NCBI GenBank assembly: GCA_964016885.1
Contig: OZ024741.1
Coordinates: forward strand, 412,362,001-412,426,000
DNA from: Eledone cirrhosa
Lineage: Eukaryota
Direction: 5' to 3'
DNA: 64,000 nucleotides
Both the position numbers and the translations under genes were made by a program. Below, piece after piece: positions 11,408-25,538 of this stretch. Positions within the stretch are counted from its first letter, which is position 1. Each line of letters begins with the position of its first letter. Under the pieces are notes generated by a model. It worked only from the letters and a program-made list of their open reading frames with translations. It was not told where the DNA came from and searched no databases.

Positions 11408-12540
11408 GGCAGGTAAAATTCCCGAGATCCATGGACAATATCTCTTCAGCGGTCTCTGTCCCTCATTATAGCTGCATTGTCCTGGGTCTCCAACAGACCA
11501 GCGTCTGTCCTTAGGGCATCAACATATGCTAACCTCAGTCTTCTTCTTCCACAGGAGCACTGAGTGTAGTGTCAACTATGGATGTCGGTGAACATGTCCA
11601 GCTAACCTCAGTCTCCAGTCTCGCTTTTGAGCTGACTTTCGGGAGGCTTCCGTACAGCTCTGAATTCTTAATCCTCGGTGTATACTAATTAATGTTCAGA
11701 GCCATCCTACTGATCTCAAGCTGTGGCATGCTGCCTAGGCTTTGCTCTTCTCGAACATATCATCTTCCGTATTCCCAATCTTTGCTCCCAAATACAGGAA
11801 GTCCTCAACCAATTCTAGCGACTCCCCGCTTATATTAGTAATCTTCTCTGGCTTATTAATATTCTCTAGCAGATATTTTGTCTTAATCTCATTCATTCTC
11901 AGCCCGTCACTCATCGATAGTCTCCACCTCCTGCATAAAATCCTCTGCCTCCTTCACTATGTTTGTCATCGAAACTATGTCGTCGGCAAATTCAGCATCC
12001 GATATCTTTTTCGCTTTAACTCTCCTGCTCTGAGCTGGTGTTACAGTAAAGCCAGAGTCTTGGTGTTTCTCCAGCGCAAGGCGCATACAATAGTCCACTA
12101 TGATGATAAAAAGATAGGGAGCCAATGTATCTCCATGGAGCACTCCAGCCACTATCTCAAAGAACTCTGTCATCCCATCAGATGTAATGACTTGGGATTT
12201 GGTGTAGAGCAGTGATATCGGGTCCACTAGCTTCTTGGGGATTCCATAAGCCTGTAAGAGCTTCATCGGGCAGGGACAGTCCACAGAAAGCATGACCGCA
12301 GGAAGGCAGTTTGCTCTAGCTCCCCCTAATATCCTCCTCAGCATCAGGATGTGATTGGTGGTTGATCTTCCCTCTTTGAAGCCGTTATGGTTGTCCCTTA
12401 CCCGATTCTCCATTTCGGGCTGGATCCTGTTAAGAATCATCCTGTTGACGGTCTTTGCCACAAGTCACGTCAGTGCGATCCCTCTGTAGTTGTTGGTGTT
12501 AGAGAGATCTCCCTTCTTTGGCACTGGGACGATGTTACTG
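11408..12540 (-). mobile_element. Non-LTR RT fragment with 3' region, copy 2
   Basis: ORF 11907-12461 carries RT motifs, followed by GLRMNEIKTK...FLYLG. Confidence 0.85.
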
Positions 12541-12891
12541 ATCCTCCACTCAACTGGTGCTCCCTGTGGCTATAAGCTAGAAGAGTCATAACGACCAGAC
12601 TGCTCCTTGACAGTGTAGTTAGGGTCTTTAACCCTAGTGCTGTTAAATACACTCTTCATGTTCTTGTCAATGGCTGACAATACCTTACGAGCACCACTCG
12701 AATAAGGTCATTATTTAACCTATAAATGGGGCCCTAACAGGTACTACTACTCAGGGCCAGAGCAGATCTGGGAGTTCTGACAACTAAGGGGTAACTCCAC
12801 ATTCCCCACAGCTCCTGAACTCGAGCCTTGCCACTGGATGTAGTTTAATGTCATACCCAGGACAAATATATACATACATATACACACACAT

Positions 12892-12922
<31 letters not shown>

Positions 12923-13014
12923 CATACATATATATACACATACATACATATATACATACATATATACATACATACATATATATATACATATATACAAATA
13001 TATATATGCGTACG

Positions 13015-13460
13015 AAAGTGTGGTTACATGATGCCTATGTGAGATGCGCGATGCTGCATGGTAGTGAGACATGGACAGCAACTGCAGAGGATATGCGATG
13101 ACTGGAGAGAAATGAAGCAAGCATGCTCTGTTGGATGTGCAATGTCAATGTGCGGGAACGACCAAGCATAGACGAGTGGAGAGAGAAATTGTGTTTAAGA
13201 GAGATAAGTTGTGGTGTGCAGGAGAGAGGACTGAGATGGTAAGGACATGTGATGCGAATGGAGGTTGAGCGCTGGGTAAAGAAGGGAGACGCAGTAGAGG
13301 AAGACCACGAAAAACATGAGTCGAGGTGGTGAGAACTGACCTCAGATCGCTGAAACTCACCGAGGAGATGACGAAGGACTGTGACAAGTGAAGAGATGCT
13401 CTGCTGAAGAGAAACTGTCCCACCCTTGCAAGCAGGGAAAAGCGGACGTAAAATGATGAA
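13015..13460 (+). mobile_element. RTE-type LINE 3' end
   Basis: AMLHGSETW...RLERNEASML...RGRPRKT, then a gcggacgtaaaatgatga tail. Confidence 0.75.
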
Positions 13461-15319
13461 CAGACGAGGATAATGATACTCTCTATATATCTATCTCTCT
13501 ATCAATCTATCCAGATATCTGTGCATCAGTCTATCTATTTACCTATCTATTACCTTAGTGGCTGTACATCCTTCTCTAATCGCACCATTTTCCCAAGCAT
13601 TTTGTGTTAGTCTCTCGCCTCCAATGGCCCCATCGACCTTGTCGCCCCACTAACAGGCCACCCTCAATCCGGCCGGAGCCCCGCCTCAGCCACAAGTCCC
13701 ATTGGCAGCCAGCAGCAAGCTGTCACACAAGAAACTCCAGCCAGCATCCATGTCACACGATTCCAAATCGTCCTCCCACCTGCCACACACATCTTGAATG
13801 GCCCTCCCAAAGTTGCACCTCAGTTAAAGGTCTCCTAGCTTCCACACCCCTCCCCCAAACACCCTCCTGCACGTCTAACTCCGTCTCATGATCACCGAGA
13901 CATCACCAACAACCAACCCACGCTGTGGGAAACATTCCTCCCCGGGGCACACCCTGGTACTTCACACCATCTGTCTGTCTCGCTGCCTAACTCCCGAGAA
14001 ATCTGGCTTCTGTGGTTGCCTGATTTGTAGGTTATTAGGCAGTTGGCAGGTTTGTGGAAGTTGGTTTTGCAAATGGTTAAAACACTTGCATCACAAAATT
14101 CAAGAAGTATCACTCCTTCTTTTATCTTTCTCGTCTTTACCTAGGCCTGCATAAGTTAGTGGTAGGGCTAGTGTTACGGTTAGTGTTAGGGTTAGTGTTA
14201 GGGCTAGTGTTAGGGCTAGTTTTAGGGTTAATTGAGGGCAAGAGAACACTGCTAGGTAAAGAAAAGAAACACTACATTTACAAGCAATTTTTACAAACAG
14301 CCACAATGACAGGACGGAGACATCGTTATGCTAGCAGGGGATTTCAATGGTCATGTTGGACAGCTCCAGGATGGCTACACTGAGGTACATGGTGGGCACG
14401 CTTACGGCTTAAGAAATGAAGGAGTGAGACTTCTTGAATTTTGCGATGCAATTGCACTAACCATTTGCAACACTAACTTCCAGAAATCTGCCAACCACCT
14501 AATAACCTACAAATCAGACAAGCACATAAGCCAGATTGACTTCTTGCTAGTTAGGCAGCGGTACAGGCAGATGGTGTCAAATACAAAGGCATACTCCGGG
14601 GAAGAATGTACCCCACAGCATAGGTTAGTCGTTAGTGATATCTCAGTAAGCAAGAGACTGAATGAGACATACAGGAAGGTGTGAAAAAAAAAAGGTCTGG
14701 AAGCTAAAAGCTTTCACTAAAATACAAATTTAGGAAAGCCCTTCAATATGTGTATGACGAAAAAGAAGACGATTTAGAGTCGTATGACATAGATGATAAC
14801 TGAATATTCTTATATGACAACTTACTGCAGGCTACTGATGAAACTTGTGGCTGGATCAGAGTTCCAACCAGACAGAGAGTGACATGGTGGTGGGACAGCA
14901 CGGTATATCGGGCCATTGGAGATTAAAGACTAGCATGGAATGCTTGGAAAATTAGTGGGAGTAGAGAAGAATATACAGCCGCTAAGTTCAAAGTTCAAAG
15001 ACGTGCGGTGTTCCGTATTGCGAGGCAGTGTGTCAGTGCAAATCGGGATTAAGTCAGTCCGCTTAATGATGCCGCTGTACTTTGTGTCAAGAATGAGTGT
15101 TGATGAGTAGAAAAGAGGACAAAACTCTATTCCGTCAGGGAAATGGCCATGTTCGATATGCAGAAAAGGAACTGGCATATATTATATAAAATGTACACAA
15201 TGCAGATCTCAGGTATACAAAAGATGTAGTGGGATAGGAGGGACGTAGTGGGATAGCAGGCAAACTAACTGCATATTTTGATTATAATAAAACAAATAAT
15301 AATATTAATAATAATAATA

Positions 15320-16194
15320 ATTGTCATTGTTCTTTTCTTCTGTGCCTTTGCCTTCTCTGTCATCTGAATAACAAGAGAAAAAAAAAGAATGTAAAACATG
15401 TTGCCTTTACAAAGTGCTGTGATCAAAGTAGCTTTTAAGCAATTTCGTAACTAACAAACAACATCAACAAAATATATACAAATATCTTTGAATGTCAAGT
15501 CTACCAAGAGAAAATAGTCATAATGTACTTATAGATACAATGCTTGTCTTTTACTGATATCAGACAAGGAACTATGACCATGCTGGGGACTTGCATCAAT
15601 GAGTTTTAGTAGAAAATGACTGACTGACTGTTGAGGGACAGAGGTGTGTTTTCATTGCTCAGTTAAGGTGACACTGACTAAAATACAGTTGGGGGCCAGA
15701 GGTAATTTTCGTTGCTCAAATATTTATCAATTCACAACAAAGCCTCTCAAAGCTACATCATAATGCAAACTCACAACACCCTTCTTATGCAACCTCACCA
15801 AGCAACCCCACAACACAACCTCACAACATCCTATCACGTTCACAATTCACAACACTCAACAAGGCATTCGTTATCTAGGGTTTACACTAGAAGACACTTG
15901 CCTAAGTACACTAAAACATAGCGAGGTAAAACACACCCAGTACACTCTGTAAAGTGTGAAATCATACCTCCATTGTCATTGGCGTATATTTTCTCTTGGA
16001 CTTCATTTCATTGCTTTCATTTTTCTTGTTTTTCTTCTATTCCATCTAAATATGAAAAAAATTGTACAGGTCATTACGTCCTATCAAGAGGTCAATTTAA
16101 AAATACACTGAGATAATACCTTAAAATAATGGTCAAAGAAGTGTTTAATTACGTAAATCCTTTGAAATAACTTCCTCTCTCTTACTGGTCATAC
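15320..16194 (-). pseudogene. Exon-like cassette, copy 2 (16194-16120, 16045-15968, 15363 onward)
   Basis: Same splice signals as copy 1; the first two exons are offset by 5220. Confidence 0.4.
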
Positions 16195-16341
16195 CTGCAA
16201 AATAGAAAACAGTAGCATTAGAGTGAACAATGATGTGGTGTTGTGTGGTGTAGAGGGATTCAGTATGGTGCAGTTTAGTGTGGCACAGTACACTGTAAAA
16301 CATATTTAGCCAATCTCTCAGACATTTAAATAGCTTTCAGG

Positions 16342-16450
<109 letters not shown>

Positions 16451-16566
16451 TGTGTGTGTCTGTGTGTCTGTGTCTGTCTCTCTGTCTATAAATATATAAT
16501 TATATATACATACATACATACAGAGAGAATGAGAAAGAGATACATATGTATGTATGTGTGTGTGTA

Positions 16567-16597
<31 letters not shown>

Positions 16598-16613
16598 CTA
16601 TCTATCTATCTAG

Positions 16614-17520
16614 GGCGGGTAAAATTCCCGAGATCCATGGACAATATCTCTTCAGCGGTCTCTGTCCCTCATTATAGCTGCATTGTCCTGGGTCTCCAAC
16701 AGACCAGCGTCTGTCCTTAGGGCATCAACATATGCTAACCTCAGTCTTCTTCTTCCTCTGGAGCACTGAGTGCAGTGTCAACTATGGATGTCGGTGAACA
16801 TGCCCAGCTAACCTCAGTCTCCTGTGTCGCTTTTGAGCTGACTTTCGGGAGGCTTCCGTACAGCTCTGAATTCTTAATCCTCAGTGTATACTAATTAATG
16901 TTCAGAGCCATCCTACTGATCTCAAGCTGTGGCATGCTGCACAGGCTTTGCTCTTCTTCTCGAACACATCATCTTCCGTATTCCCAATCTTTGCTCCCAA
17001 ATACAGGAAGTCCTCAACCAATTCTAGCGACTCCCCGCTTATATTAGTAATCTTCTCTGGTTTATTAATATTCTCTAGCAGATATTTTGTCTTAATCTCA
17101 TTCATTCTCAGCCCGACACTCATCGACAGTCTCCATCTCCTGCATAACATCCTCTGCCTCCTTCACTATGTTTGTCATCGAAACTATGTCGTTGGCAAAT
17201 TCAGCATCCGATATCTTTTTCGCTTTAACTCTCCTGCTCTGAGCTGGTGTTACAGTAAAGCCAGAGTCTTGGTGTTTCTCCAGCGCAAGGCGCATACAAT
17301 AGTCCACTATGATGATAAAAAGATAGGGAGCCAATGTATCTCCCTGGAGCACTCCAGCCACTATCTCAAAGAACTCTGTCATCCCATCAGGTGTAATGAC
17401 TTAGGATTTGGTGTAGAGCAGTGATATCGGGTCCACTAGCTTCTTGGGGATTCCATAAGCCTGTAAGAGCTTCATTAGGCAGGGACAGTCTCCCTCTTTT
17501 GGCACTGGGACTATGTTACT
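16614..17520 (-). mobile_element. Non-LTR RT fragment, copy 3 (internal deletion)
   Basis: ORF 17098-17382 reads GVLQGDTLAPYLF...FANDI. Confidence 0.85.
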
Positions 17521-18054
17521 GATCCTCCACTCAACTGGTGCTCCCTGTGGCTATAAGCCAGAAGAGTCATAACGACCAGACTGCTCCTTGACAGTGTAGT
17601 TAGGGTCTTTAACCCTAGTGCTTTTAAATACACTCTACATGTTCTTGTCAATGGCTGACAATACCTTACCAGCACCACTCGAGTAAGGTCATTATTTAAC
17701 CTATAAATGGGGCCCTAACAGGTACTACTACTCAGGGCCAGAGCAGATCTGGGAGTTCTGACAACGAAGGGGTAACTCCACATTCCCCACAGCTCCTGAA
17801 CTCGAGCCTTGCCACTGGATGTATTGCCGCTAGGTTATTAGGCAGTTGGCAGGTTTGTGGAAGTTGGTTTTGCAAATGGTTAAAACACTTGCATCACAAA
17901 ATTCAAGAAGTATTACTCCTTGTTTTATCTTTCTCGTCTTTACCTAGGCCTGCATAAGTTAGTGTTAGGGTTAGTGTTACGGTTAGTGTTAGGGTTAGTG
18001 TTAGTGCGAGTGTTAGAGCTAGTTTTAGGGTTAATTGAGGGCAAGAGAATACTG

Positions 18055-19465
18055 CTAGGTAAAGAAAAGAAACACTGCATTTACAAGCAATTTTTACAAA
18101 CAGCCACAATGACAGGACGGAGACATTGTTATGCTAGCAGGGGATTTCAATGGTCATGTTGGACAGCTCCAGGATGATTACACTGAGGTACATGGTGGGC
18201 ACCCTTACGGCTTAAGAAATGAAGGAGTGAGACTTCTTGAATTTTGCGATGCAATTGCACTAACCATTTCCAACACTAACTTCCAGAAATCTGCCAACCA
18301 CCTAATAACCTACAAATCAGGCAAGCACATAAGCCAGATTGACTTCTTGTTAGTTAAGCAGCGGGACAGGCAGATGGTATCAAATACAAAGGCATACCCC
18401 GGAGAAGAATGTACCCCACAGCATAGGTTAGTCATTAGTGATATCTCAGTAAGCAAGAGACTGAATGAGACATACAGGAAGGTGTGGAAAAAAGAAAGGT
18501 CTTGAAGCTAAAAGAGCTTTCACTAAAATACAAATTTAGGAAAGCCCTTCAATTTGTGTATGACGAAAAAGAAGACAATTTAGAGTCGTATGACATAGAT
18601 CATAACTGAATATTCTTATGTGACAACTTACTGCAGGCTACTGATGAAACTTGTGGCTGGATCAGAGTTCCAACCAGACAGAGAGTGACATGGTGGTGGG
18701 CCAGCACGGTAGATCGGACCATTGGAAACTAAAGACTAGCATGGAATGCTTGGAAAATTAGTGGGAGTAGAGAAGAATATACAGCCGCTAAGAGAGAAGC
18801 TAGACGTCAGGAGGCTGTTCGACGGGAAGTTCAAAGACGTGCCGTGTTTCGTATTGCGAGGCTGTGAGTCAGTGCAAATCGAGATTAAGTCTGTACGCTT
18901 AATGATGCTGGTGTACTTAGTTTCACGGATGGTCAGAAAAAGGAGGCCTGGAAATTTCATTACGAGAGTCTGATGAATGTGGAGACCCAATGTGAGAGAG
19001 AGAGAAATTACCCCCAGTACATCCGACAGAGGGACCAGCTATTCAGATTGACGAATATAGGGTCTAAGAGGCGATTAAGGAAATGAATAATGGTAAGGCC
19101 GCTGGATCGTCAGGAATAGTTGCTGAGATGCTGCAGGCATCAGGGGACATAGGCTCTAAACTGGTTGCACGCTCCATCAATCAGAATATATATGTCGGTG
19201 TTATACCCAAAGACTGCTGCAGCAATATTCTCGTAACTTGCTACAAAGGTAAAGAGGATACTCTGGACATGAGCAATTATAGGGGAATAAAGCTGATGGA
19301 TCAGGTTGTGAAACTGGCAGAAAGGATATTAGCGCAACTAATTATAGAAAGGGTCCAACTAGATACGATGCAGTTTGGTTATGTGCCTGGGAAAAGTGCA
19401 ACAGATACCCTTTTCTTAGTGAGACAACTACAAGAGAGGTTCTTAGAAGCCACTATACTTAACTT
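18055..19465 (+). mobile_element. RTE-type LINE fragment from APE to RT N-terminus
   Basis: GDFNGHVG; KAAGSSGIVAEML; YKGK; NYRGIKL; QFGYVPGKS. Confidence 0.88.
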
Positions 19466-19549
19466 TTGTTGAAATAACATCCTTTCTCTTACTGTAACTG
19501 GTCATAACTGCAAAATAGAAAACAGTAGCATTAGAGTGAACAGTGATGT

Positions 19550-19624
19550 GGTGTAGTGTAGTGTAGTGTAGTGTAGTGTAGTGTAGTGTAGTGTAGTGTA
19601 GTGTAGTGTAGTGTAGTGTAGTGT
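19550..19624. repeat. (GTAGT)n pentanucleotide microsatellite
   Basis: Read directly from the sequence. Confidence 0.95.
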
Positions 19625-19707
19625 GATTTAGTATGGTGCAGTTTAGTGTGGCACAGTACACTGTAAAACATATTTAGCCAATCTCTCAGACATTTACAAA
19701 TCTTTCA

Positions 19708-19740
<33 letters not shown>

Positions 19741-19741
<1 letters not shown>

Positions 19742-20241
19742 GAGACAGAGAAATTACCCTCAGTAGATCCGACAGAGGGACCAGCTTTTGAGATTGACGA
19801 ATATAGGGTCCAAGAGGTGATTAAGGAAATGAAAAATGATGAGGCTGCTAGACCATCGGGGATAGTTGCTGAGATGCTGAAGGCATCAGGGGACGTAGGC
19901 ACTAAACTGGTTGCACGCATCATCAATCAGGCCATTTATGGCAGTGTCATACCCAAAGACTAGTGCAAAAGTAAAGGGGATGCTCTTGAGAGGAGAAATT
20001 ATAGGGGTATAAAACTGATGGATCAGGTTATGAAAGTGGCAGAAAGGATATTAGCACAACTAATTAGAGAAAGGGTCAAACTAGATGAGATGCAGTTTGG
20101 TTTTGTGCCTGGGAATAGTACAACAGATGCCCTATTCTTGGTGAGATAATTACAAGAGAGGTTCTTAGAGAAAAATAAGCCACTATACTTAGCCTTTGTT
20201 GACCTAGAGAAGGCCTTTGATAGGGTACCCCGATCTGTCAT
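19741..20241 (+). mobile_element. RTE-type RT N-terminal fragment
   Basis: NYRGIKLMDQVMK...QFGFVPG...AFVDLEKAFDRVPR. Confidence 0.85.
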
Positions 20242-20439
20242 CTTATTATTTAACCTATAAATGTGGCCCTAACAGGTACTACTACACCAGGCCAGAGCAG
20301 TCCTGGGAGTTATGACAACTAAGGCGGTAACGCCACGTTCCCCACAGCTCCTCCTGAACTTGAGCCTTGCCACTGGATATAGTTTAATGTCATACCCAGG
20401 ACAAATATATACATATACACACACATATATATATATATC

Positions 20440-20962
20440 AAAATTGATGGAAGTTACGGAGTAGGCAGACCCAGAAAAACCTGGGACGATCTGATAAATT
20501 CCGACCTTACATACATCTCTCCAAGACAATGTCACTGGACAGATCTTTGGCACTACGCAGTAATACAGAAGACCTGATTTGCCTATGTACAACGCGAAAC
20601 CTAGTCAGTAGGCACCTCTTAACCAAAAATACACCCCCATATAACTACAACTCCAACCCCTTTCTCTGTAAAGTTATGTTGGTAACACAACATCCAGCCC
20701 TAAATAAATGAGGTCGTGTAGATGTCACGACAAAAAAAAACTCCACGCTGTAATGTGGCCGTGTAGGTAACACGGTAAAAACCTCCCAGTCCACATTAAA
20801 CGTGGTTGGTGTTAGGAAGGGCATCCAGCCGTAGAAAACCTGCCAGACAGTCTTATACGAGCGAGAAAACCAATCTTGCCTCAAGTGGGACAACTCCCGT
20901 CTAAACCCATGCTAGCGTGGAAGATAGACTTTAAACGATGATGATGATGATGATGATGATGA
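20440..20962 (+). mobile_element. RTE 3' region with (GAT)n tail
   Basis: GRPRKTW remnant, ggttggtgttaggaagggcatccagccgtagaaa module and aacgatgatgatgat tail. Confidence 0.7.
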
Positions 20963-21126
20963 TATATACACATGGGATAACAAGTTATCGTTTTAGGTAA
21001 TCCAGTGAGAGGTTTCCTTACTTAGGTAGCGAGTTTGCGAGAATTCCCATGCAGGTCGATCTTGGAGTAATAGTAGTGAAAGAATGAAGAGGAAAATGGT
21101 CGGCTGTATAAAAAGGGTTTTATTTA

Positions 21127-21226
21127 CAGTACTAACAATTGTTTCATTGAACAGGCGAGTCTAAAGGCCGCTAATCACTCGACCTTAAATACAGTGTGTG
21201 GCTCTGATCAAATCATCGGAATACTG
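21127..21226 (-). ncRNA. Type I hammerhead-like ribozyme motif in a Penelope-like remnant
   Basis: Minus strand: cagtatt-CCGATGA-(long stem II)-GAAAC-aatt-GTT-agtactg. Stem I is 7 bp and stem III is the palindrome acaattgt. Confidence 0.55.
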
Positions 21227-21624
21227 GAGGGTGTAACACATGGTATTGGCATTTAAAGATACATCAGAGAATCGAGTGAATGAAAACGATAACATCAATA
21301 ATAAAAGATAAACAATAATAAAAGTATAAAGAAGTAAGAATGACGATGTAAAGAATAAGTACAAAATACGGTTTTTGATAATAGTAGTAGTAGTGGTGGT
21401 GGTAGTTGAAGTTTTAGTGGTGAGTAAGTGGATGTGTAATAAATCGGTTTATAAATCGGCAAAATAAAAAGGCAAGTTGTATAATAAAATATCTAAGGAT
21501 TAAATAAATAATAAAAAAGATAGAGAGATAAGGAATAGGAGACAGGGACTGAGAATAAGGATTCGAGGATGAGACAAAGGGTAGGAATAAGGAGAGGGAC
21601 TAAAAGTTATGTTTTTCTTAACGA

Positions 21625-22330
21625 TGATAATACAAAATTAGAGGAATCAAAAGAGAGAATTACAGTACTATTCACATGTAGTGCAACTGGTGAAAAGTTT
21701 AAACCCCTTTTTACTGAAAAAAGCCTTAAACCTCGTTGTTTCAAGAATATTGACATTTCTAAACAGGAATTTTATTACGGCATGGATGACAGACAATATA
21801 TTTTCATTTTACCTAAAAGAAATCAATTACGAATTTTTTAAACAATAGAGAAAAGTATTATTGCTCCTTGATAATGCGGCATTCCACAAACAAAGCTTTT
21901 AAAATATAGAACTTTTTTTTTCTACCCGCGAACACAACTACAAAATTACAAACTTTAGACCAAGGAATAATTTGGTCATTCAAATGCAACTACAAAACGA
22001 TTTTTATTAATAAAGTTGGTTAATAAAGATGTGAAAGTGTCAATTTAAAAGGAACGTCATGAGTTACGCCCCTTTACTTTCCAAGTTCAACTTGGCCTTT
22101 CATCCTTATAGGGTCGATAAATAAAGTACCAGTGATGCACTGGAATAATTGCTGGCCTTGTGGCAAAAGTAGAAACAATTATTGCATGGTATTTTTTGGC
22201 CAGTCCAGGCATGGGATTCGGTTGTAAAAGAGACAATTGTAAATTGCTGGGAAAAGTCAGGTCTACGAATACAGAATTCAATGAGTGAAGATTCGCTTTG
22301 AAAAACATCAGTTGCATTGTGTTTAGAAAA
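21625..22330 (+). mobile_element. Tigger/pogo DDE transposase pseudogene fragment interrupted by a SINE
   Basis: KERITVLFTCSATGEK.KPL; LLLLDNAAFH; LPANTT.KLQ.LDQGII; AWDSV...IVNCW.K. Confidence 0.8.
22061..22180 (+). mobile_element. tRNA-derived SINE, partial
   Basis: ctttcatccttatagggtcgataaataaagtaccag...gtagaaacaattatt core shared with other copies. Confidence 0.75.
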
Positions 22331-22866
22331 TGGGGAATACGAGCTGAAATACGCACTTAAGGAACTCAAGGAGCTAAAATATGATAATGTTACTTTTACA
22401 ATTAAATCTTAAATTTAAATTTTTATGTCTTCTTTTTATTTTGGGGAGGTATGTGGGTGGGTGGGGGGGACAAAATAACCAACTTTTCTTTTAAAATGTT
22501 AATAATTAAGGTAAACATGAAAATAACTTATATTCAAAAGTTTTGTCAAAAAAAACGTCATTGACATTTTTATATATACTTATATATACACATACATACA
22601 TATGTACATGCTTACATATATACTTACATATACACATACATACATATGTACATGCTTACATATATAGTTATATATACACATACATACATATGTACATGCT
22701 TACATATATATATATACTTATATATACACATACATACATATGTACATGCTTACATATACACCTACATACATGCTTACATATACACATATATACATATGTA
22801 CATGCTTACATATACACATACATACAAATGTACATGCTTACATATATATATACTTATATACACACA

Positions 22867-24816
22867 TGGTGGCTGCCAACTTGTTTTCGAGTACGGCCAC
22901 TACTTTATATCCATGTAGGAGAACCCCTACTGATGCGCTGAACGAGTGTGACTTTTTAGTCCAGCCAGCGACTTGAAAACTTTGGTACAAACACTACACT
23001 TGTGACAATTACTGACACATAGTGCTGGGCCCATTGTACCCTGTGATGACAAGTGCAGAGAGATCTCCAGATATAAAGCAATGCCTGTGCCGTGAAGCTT
23101 TTATAGTGAGCAAAGGCACTGCACAAAGCCAGTCCCACTCTCTTAACCAAGATGATATTTACCAAAAAGAAGAACAAGTCAACATCATTGGATACCATCA
23201 GAGTTGCAGGTGTTATATCAGAGTTTTCCTTCTCCTAGAATCCTGCCTTGACAAAGGCTAAGGGGTCATCTCTCCCGGAATACATACATACATACATACA
23301 TGCATACATACATACAAACATGCATGCATGCATACATACATACATGCATACATACAAACATACATACATACATACAAACATGCATGCATACATACATACA
23401 TGCATACATGGTGGTGCCAACTCGTTTTCGAGTACGGCCACTACTTTATATCCATGTAGGAGAACCCCTACTGATACGCTGAACGAGTGTGACGTTTTAG
23501 TCCAGCCAGCGACTTGAAAACTCTGGTACAAACACTACACTTGTGACAATTATTGACACATATTGCTGAGCCCATGTTACCATATGACGTCAAGTGTAGA
23601 GAGATATCCAGATATAAAGCAATGCCTGTGCCGTGAAGCTTTTATAGTGAGCAAAGGCACTGCACAAAGCCAGTCCCACTCTCTTAACCAAGATAATATT
23701 TACCAAAAAGAAGAACAAGTCAACATCATTGGATACCATCAGGGTTGCAGGTGTTATATCAGAGTTTTCCTTCTCCTAGAATTCTGCCTTGACAAAAGGT
23801 AAGGGGTCATCTCTCCCGGTGATTTTGGATGGCCATTGACTCTTAAGAGCTCCTTTGGCCTTTGACAGGTTTTGTTTTTAGTTCTGCAGGATGTCCAAAG
23901 TCACCCTCCTCACCAAGAAACCTTGGTGGGGTTGCCAGTTTAGTCGCCAACGACCCGACCATGAGACAGGTTGTACTGGATTACATGTTACCAGTAGCAT
24001 CAACTGGTGACCTGACATACCATATGTACACATACATACATATGTACATGCTTACATATATATATATACACATACATACATATGTACATGCTTACATATA
24101 TATACTTATATATATATATACATACATATATACATGCTTACATATATATACATGCTTACATATATACTTATATATATATATATATATACATGTTTACATA
24201 TATACTTATATATATATATACATGCTTACATATATACTTATATATATGGTGGCTGCCAACTCGTTTTCGAGTACGGCCACTACTTTATATCCATGTAGGA
24301 GAACCCCTACTGATACGCTGAACGAGTGTGACGTTTTAGTCCAGCCAGCGACTTGAAAACTCTGGTACAAACACTACACTTGTGACAATTATTGACACAT
24401 ATTGCTAAGCCCATGTTACCATATGACGTCAAGTGTAGAGAGATCTCCAGATATAAAGCAATGCCTGTGCCGTGAAGCTTTTATAGTGAGCAAAGGCACT
24501 GCACAAAGCCATTCCCACTCTCTTAACCAAGATGATATTTACCAAAAAGAAGAACAAGTCAACATCATTGGATACCATCAGGGTTGCAGGTGTTATATCA
24601 GAATTTTCCTTCTCCTAGAATTCTGCCTTGACAAAGGCTAAGGGGTCATCTCTCCCGGTGATTTTGGATGGCTATTGAGTCTTAAGAGCTCCCTTGCCCT
24701 TTGACAGGTTTTGTTTTTAGTCCTGCAGGATGTCCAAAGTCACCCTCCTCACCAAGAAACCTTGGTAGGGCTGCCAGTTTAGTCGCCAACGACCCGACCA
24801 CGAGACAGGTTGTACT
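22867..24816 (-). mobile_element. Cluster of three non-autonomous RTE-derived elements (22867-23278, 23409-24017, 24247-24816) in TACA-rich tracts
   Basis: Near-identical units. Each carries a C2H2 finger remnant CSVCTKVFKSLAGLKSHTRSAH followed by a 3' stem-loop and (TGTA)n tail. Confidence 0.8.
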
Positions 24817-25075
24817 TATATATATATATACAAGCTTACATATATACCTATATATATATATACATGCTTACATATATACCATATATATATATATACATGC
24901 TTACATATATACTTATATATATACATGCTTACATATATACCTATATATATATATACATGCTTACATATATACTTATCTATATACATACATACATATATAC
25001 TTATATATATACATACATATATATATACTTATATATATACATACATATATACTTATATATATACATACATATATG

Positions 25076-25213
25076 ATGGCTGCCCCCTCGTTATCGAGTA
25101 TGGCCATTGCACGAGAAGAAAAAAAAAAAAAAAAAAAAAATAAAATTAAATAAAATTAAATAAAAAAAAAAAATAATAATAGATAAATAAAAAAAAAAAA
25201 GAAAAGAAAAGAG

Positions 25214-25266
<53 letters not shown>

Positions 25267-25334
25267 CATACATATATACATACACACATACATACACATA
25301 CACTCACACATATACACATACATACATTAATAAC

Positions 25335-25365
<31 letters not shown>

Positions 25366-25456
25366 GCAATAATAATAATAACGACAACAACAATAATAAT
25401 ATACATATTCATATATATATACACACACACACGCACATAAGCATATCTACACACAC

Positions 25457-25538
<82 letters not shown>

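Noticed and set aside
22867-22950. Plus-strand HDV ribozyme starting ggtggct...ggccact
   Set aside because: There is no P1.1 (CC/GG). It is better explained as the reverse complement of an RTE 3' stem-loop and zinc-finger codons.
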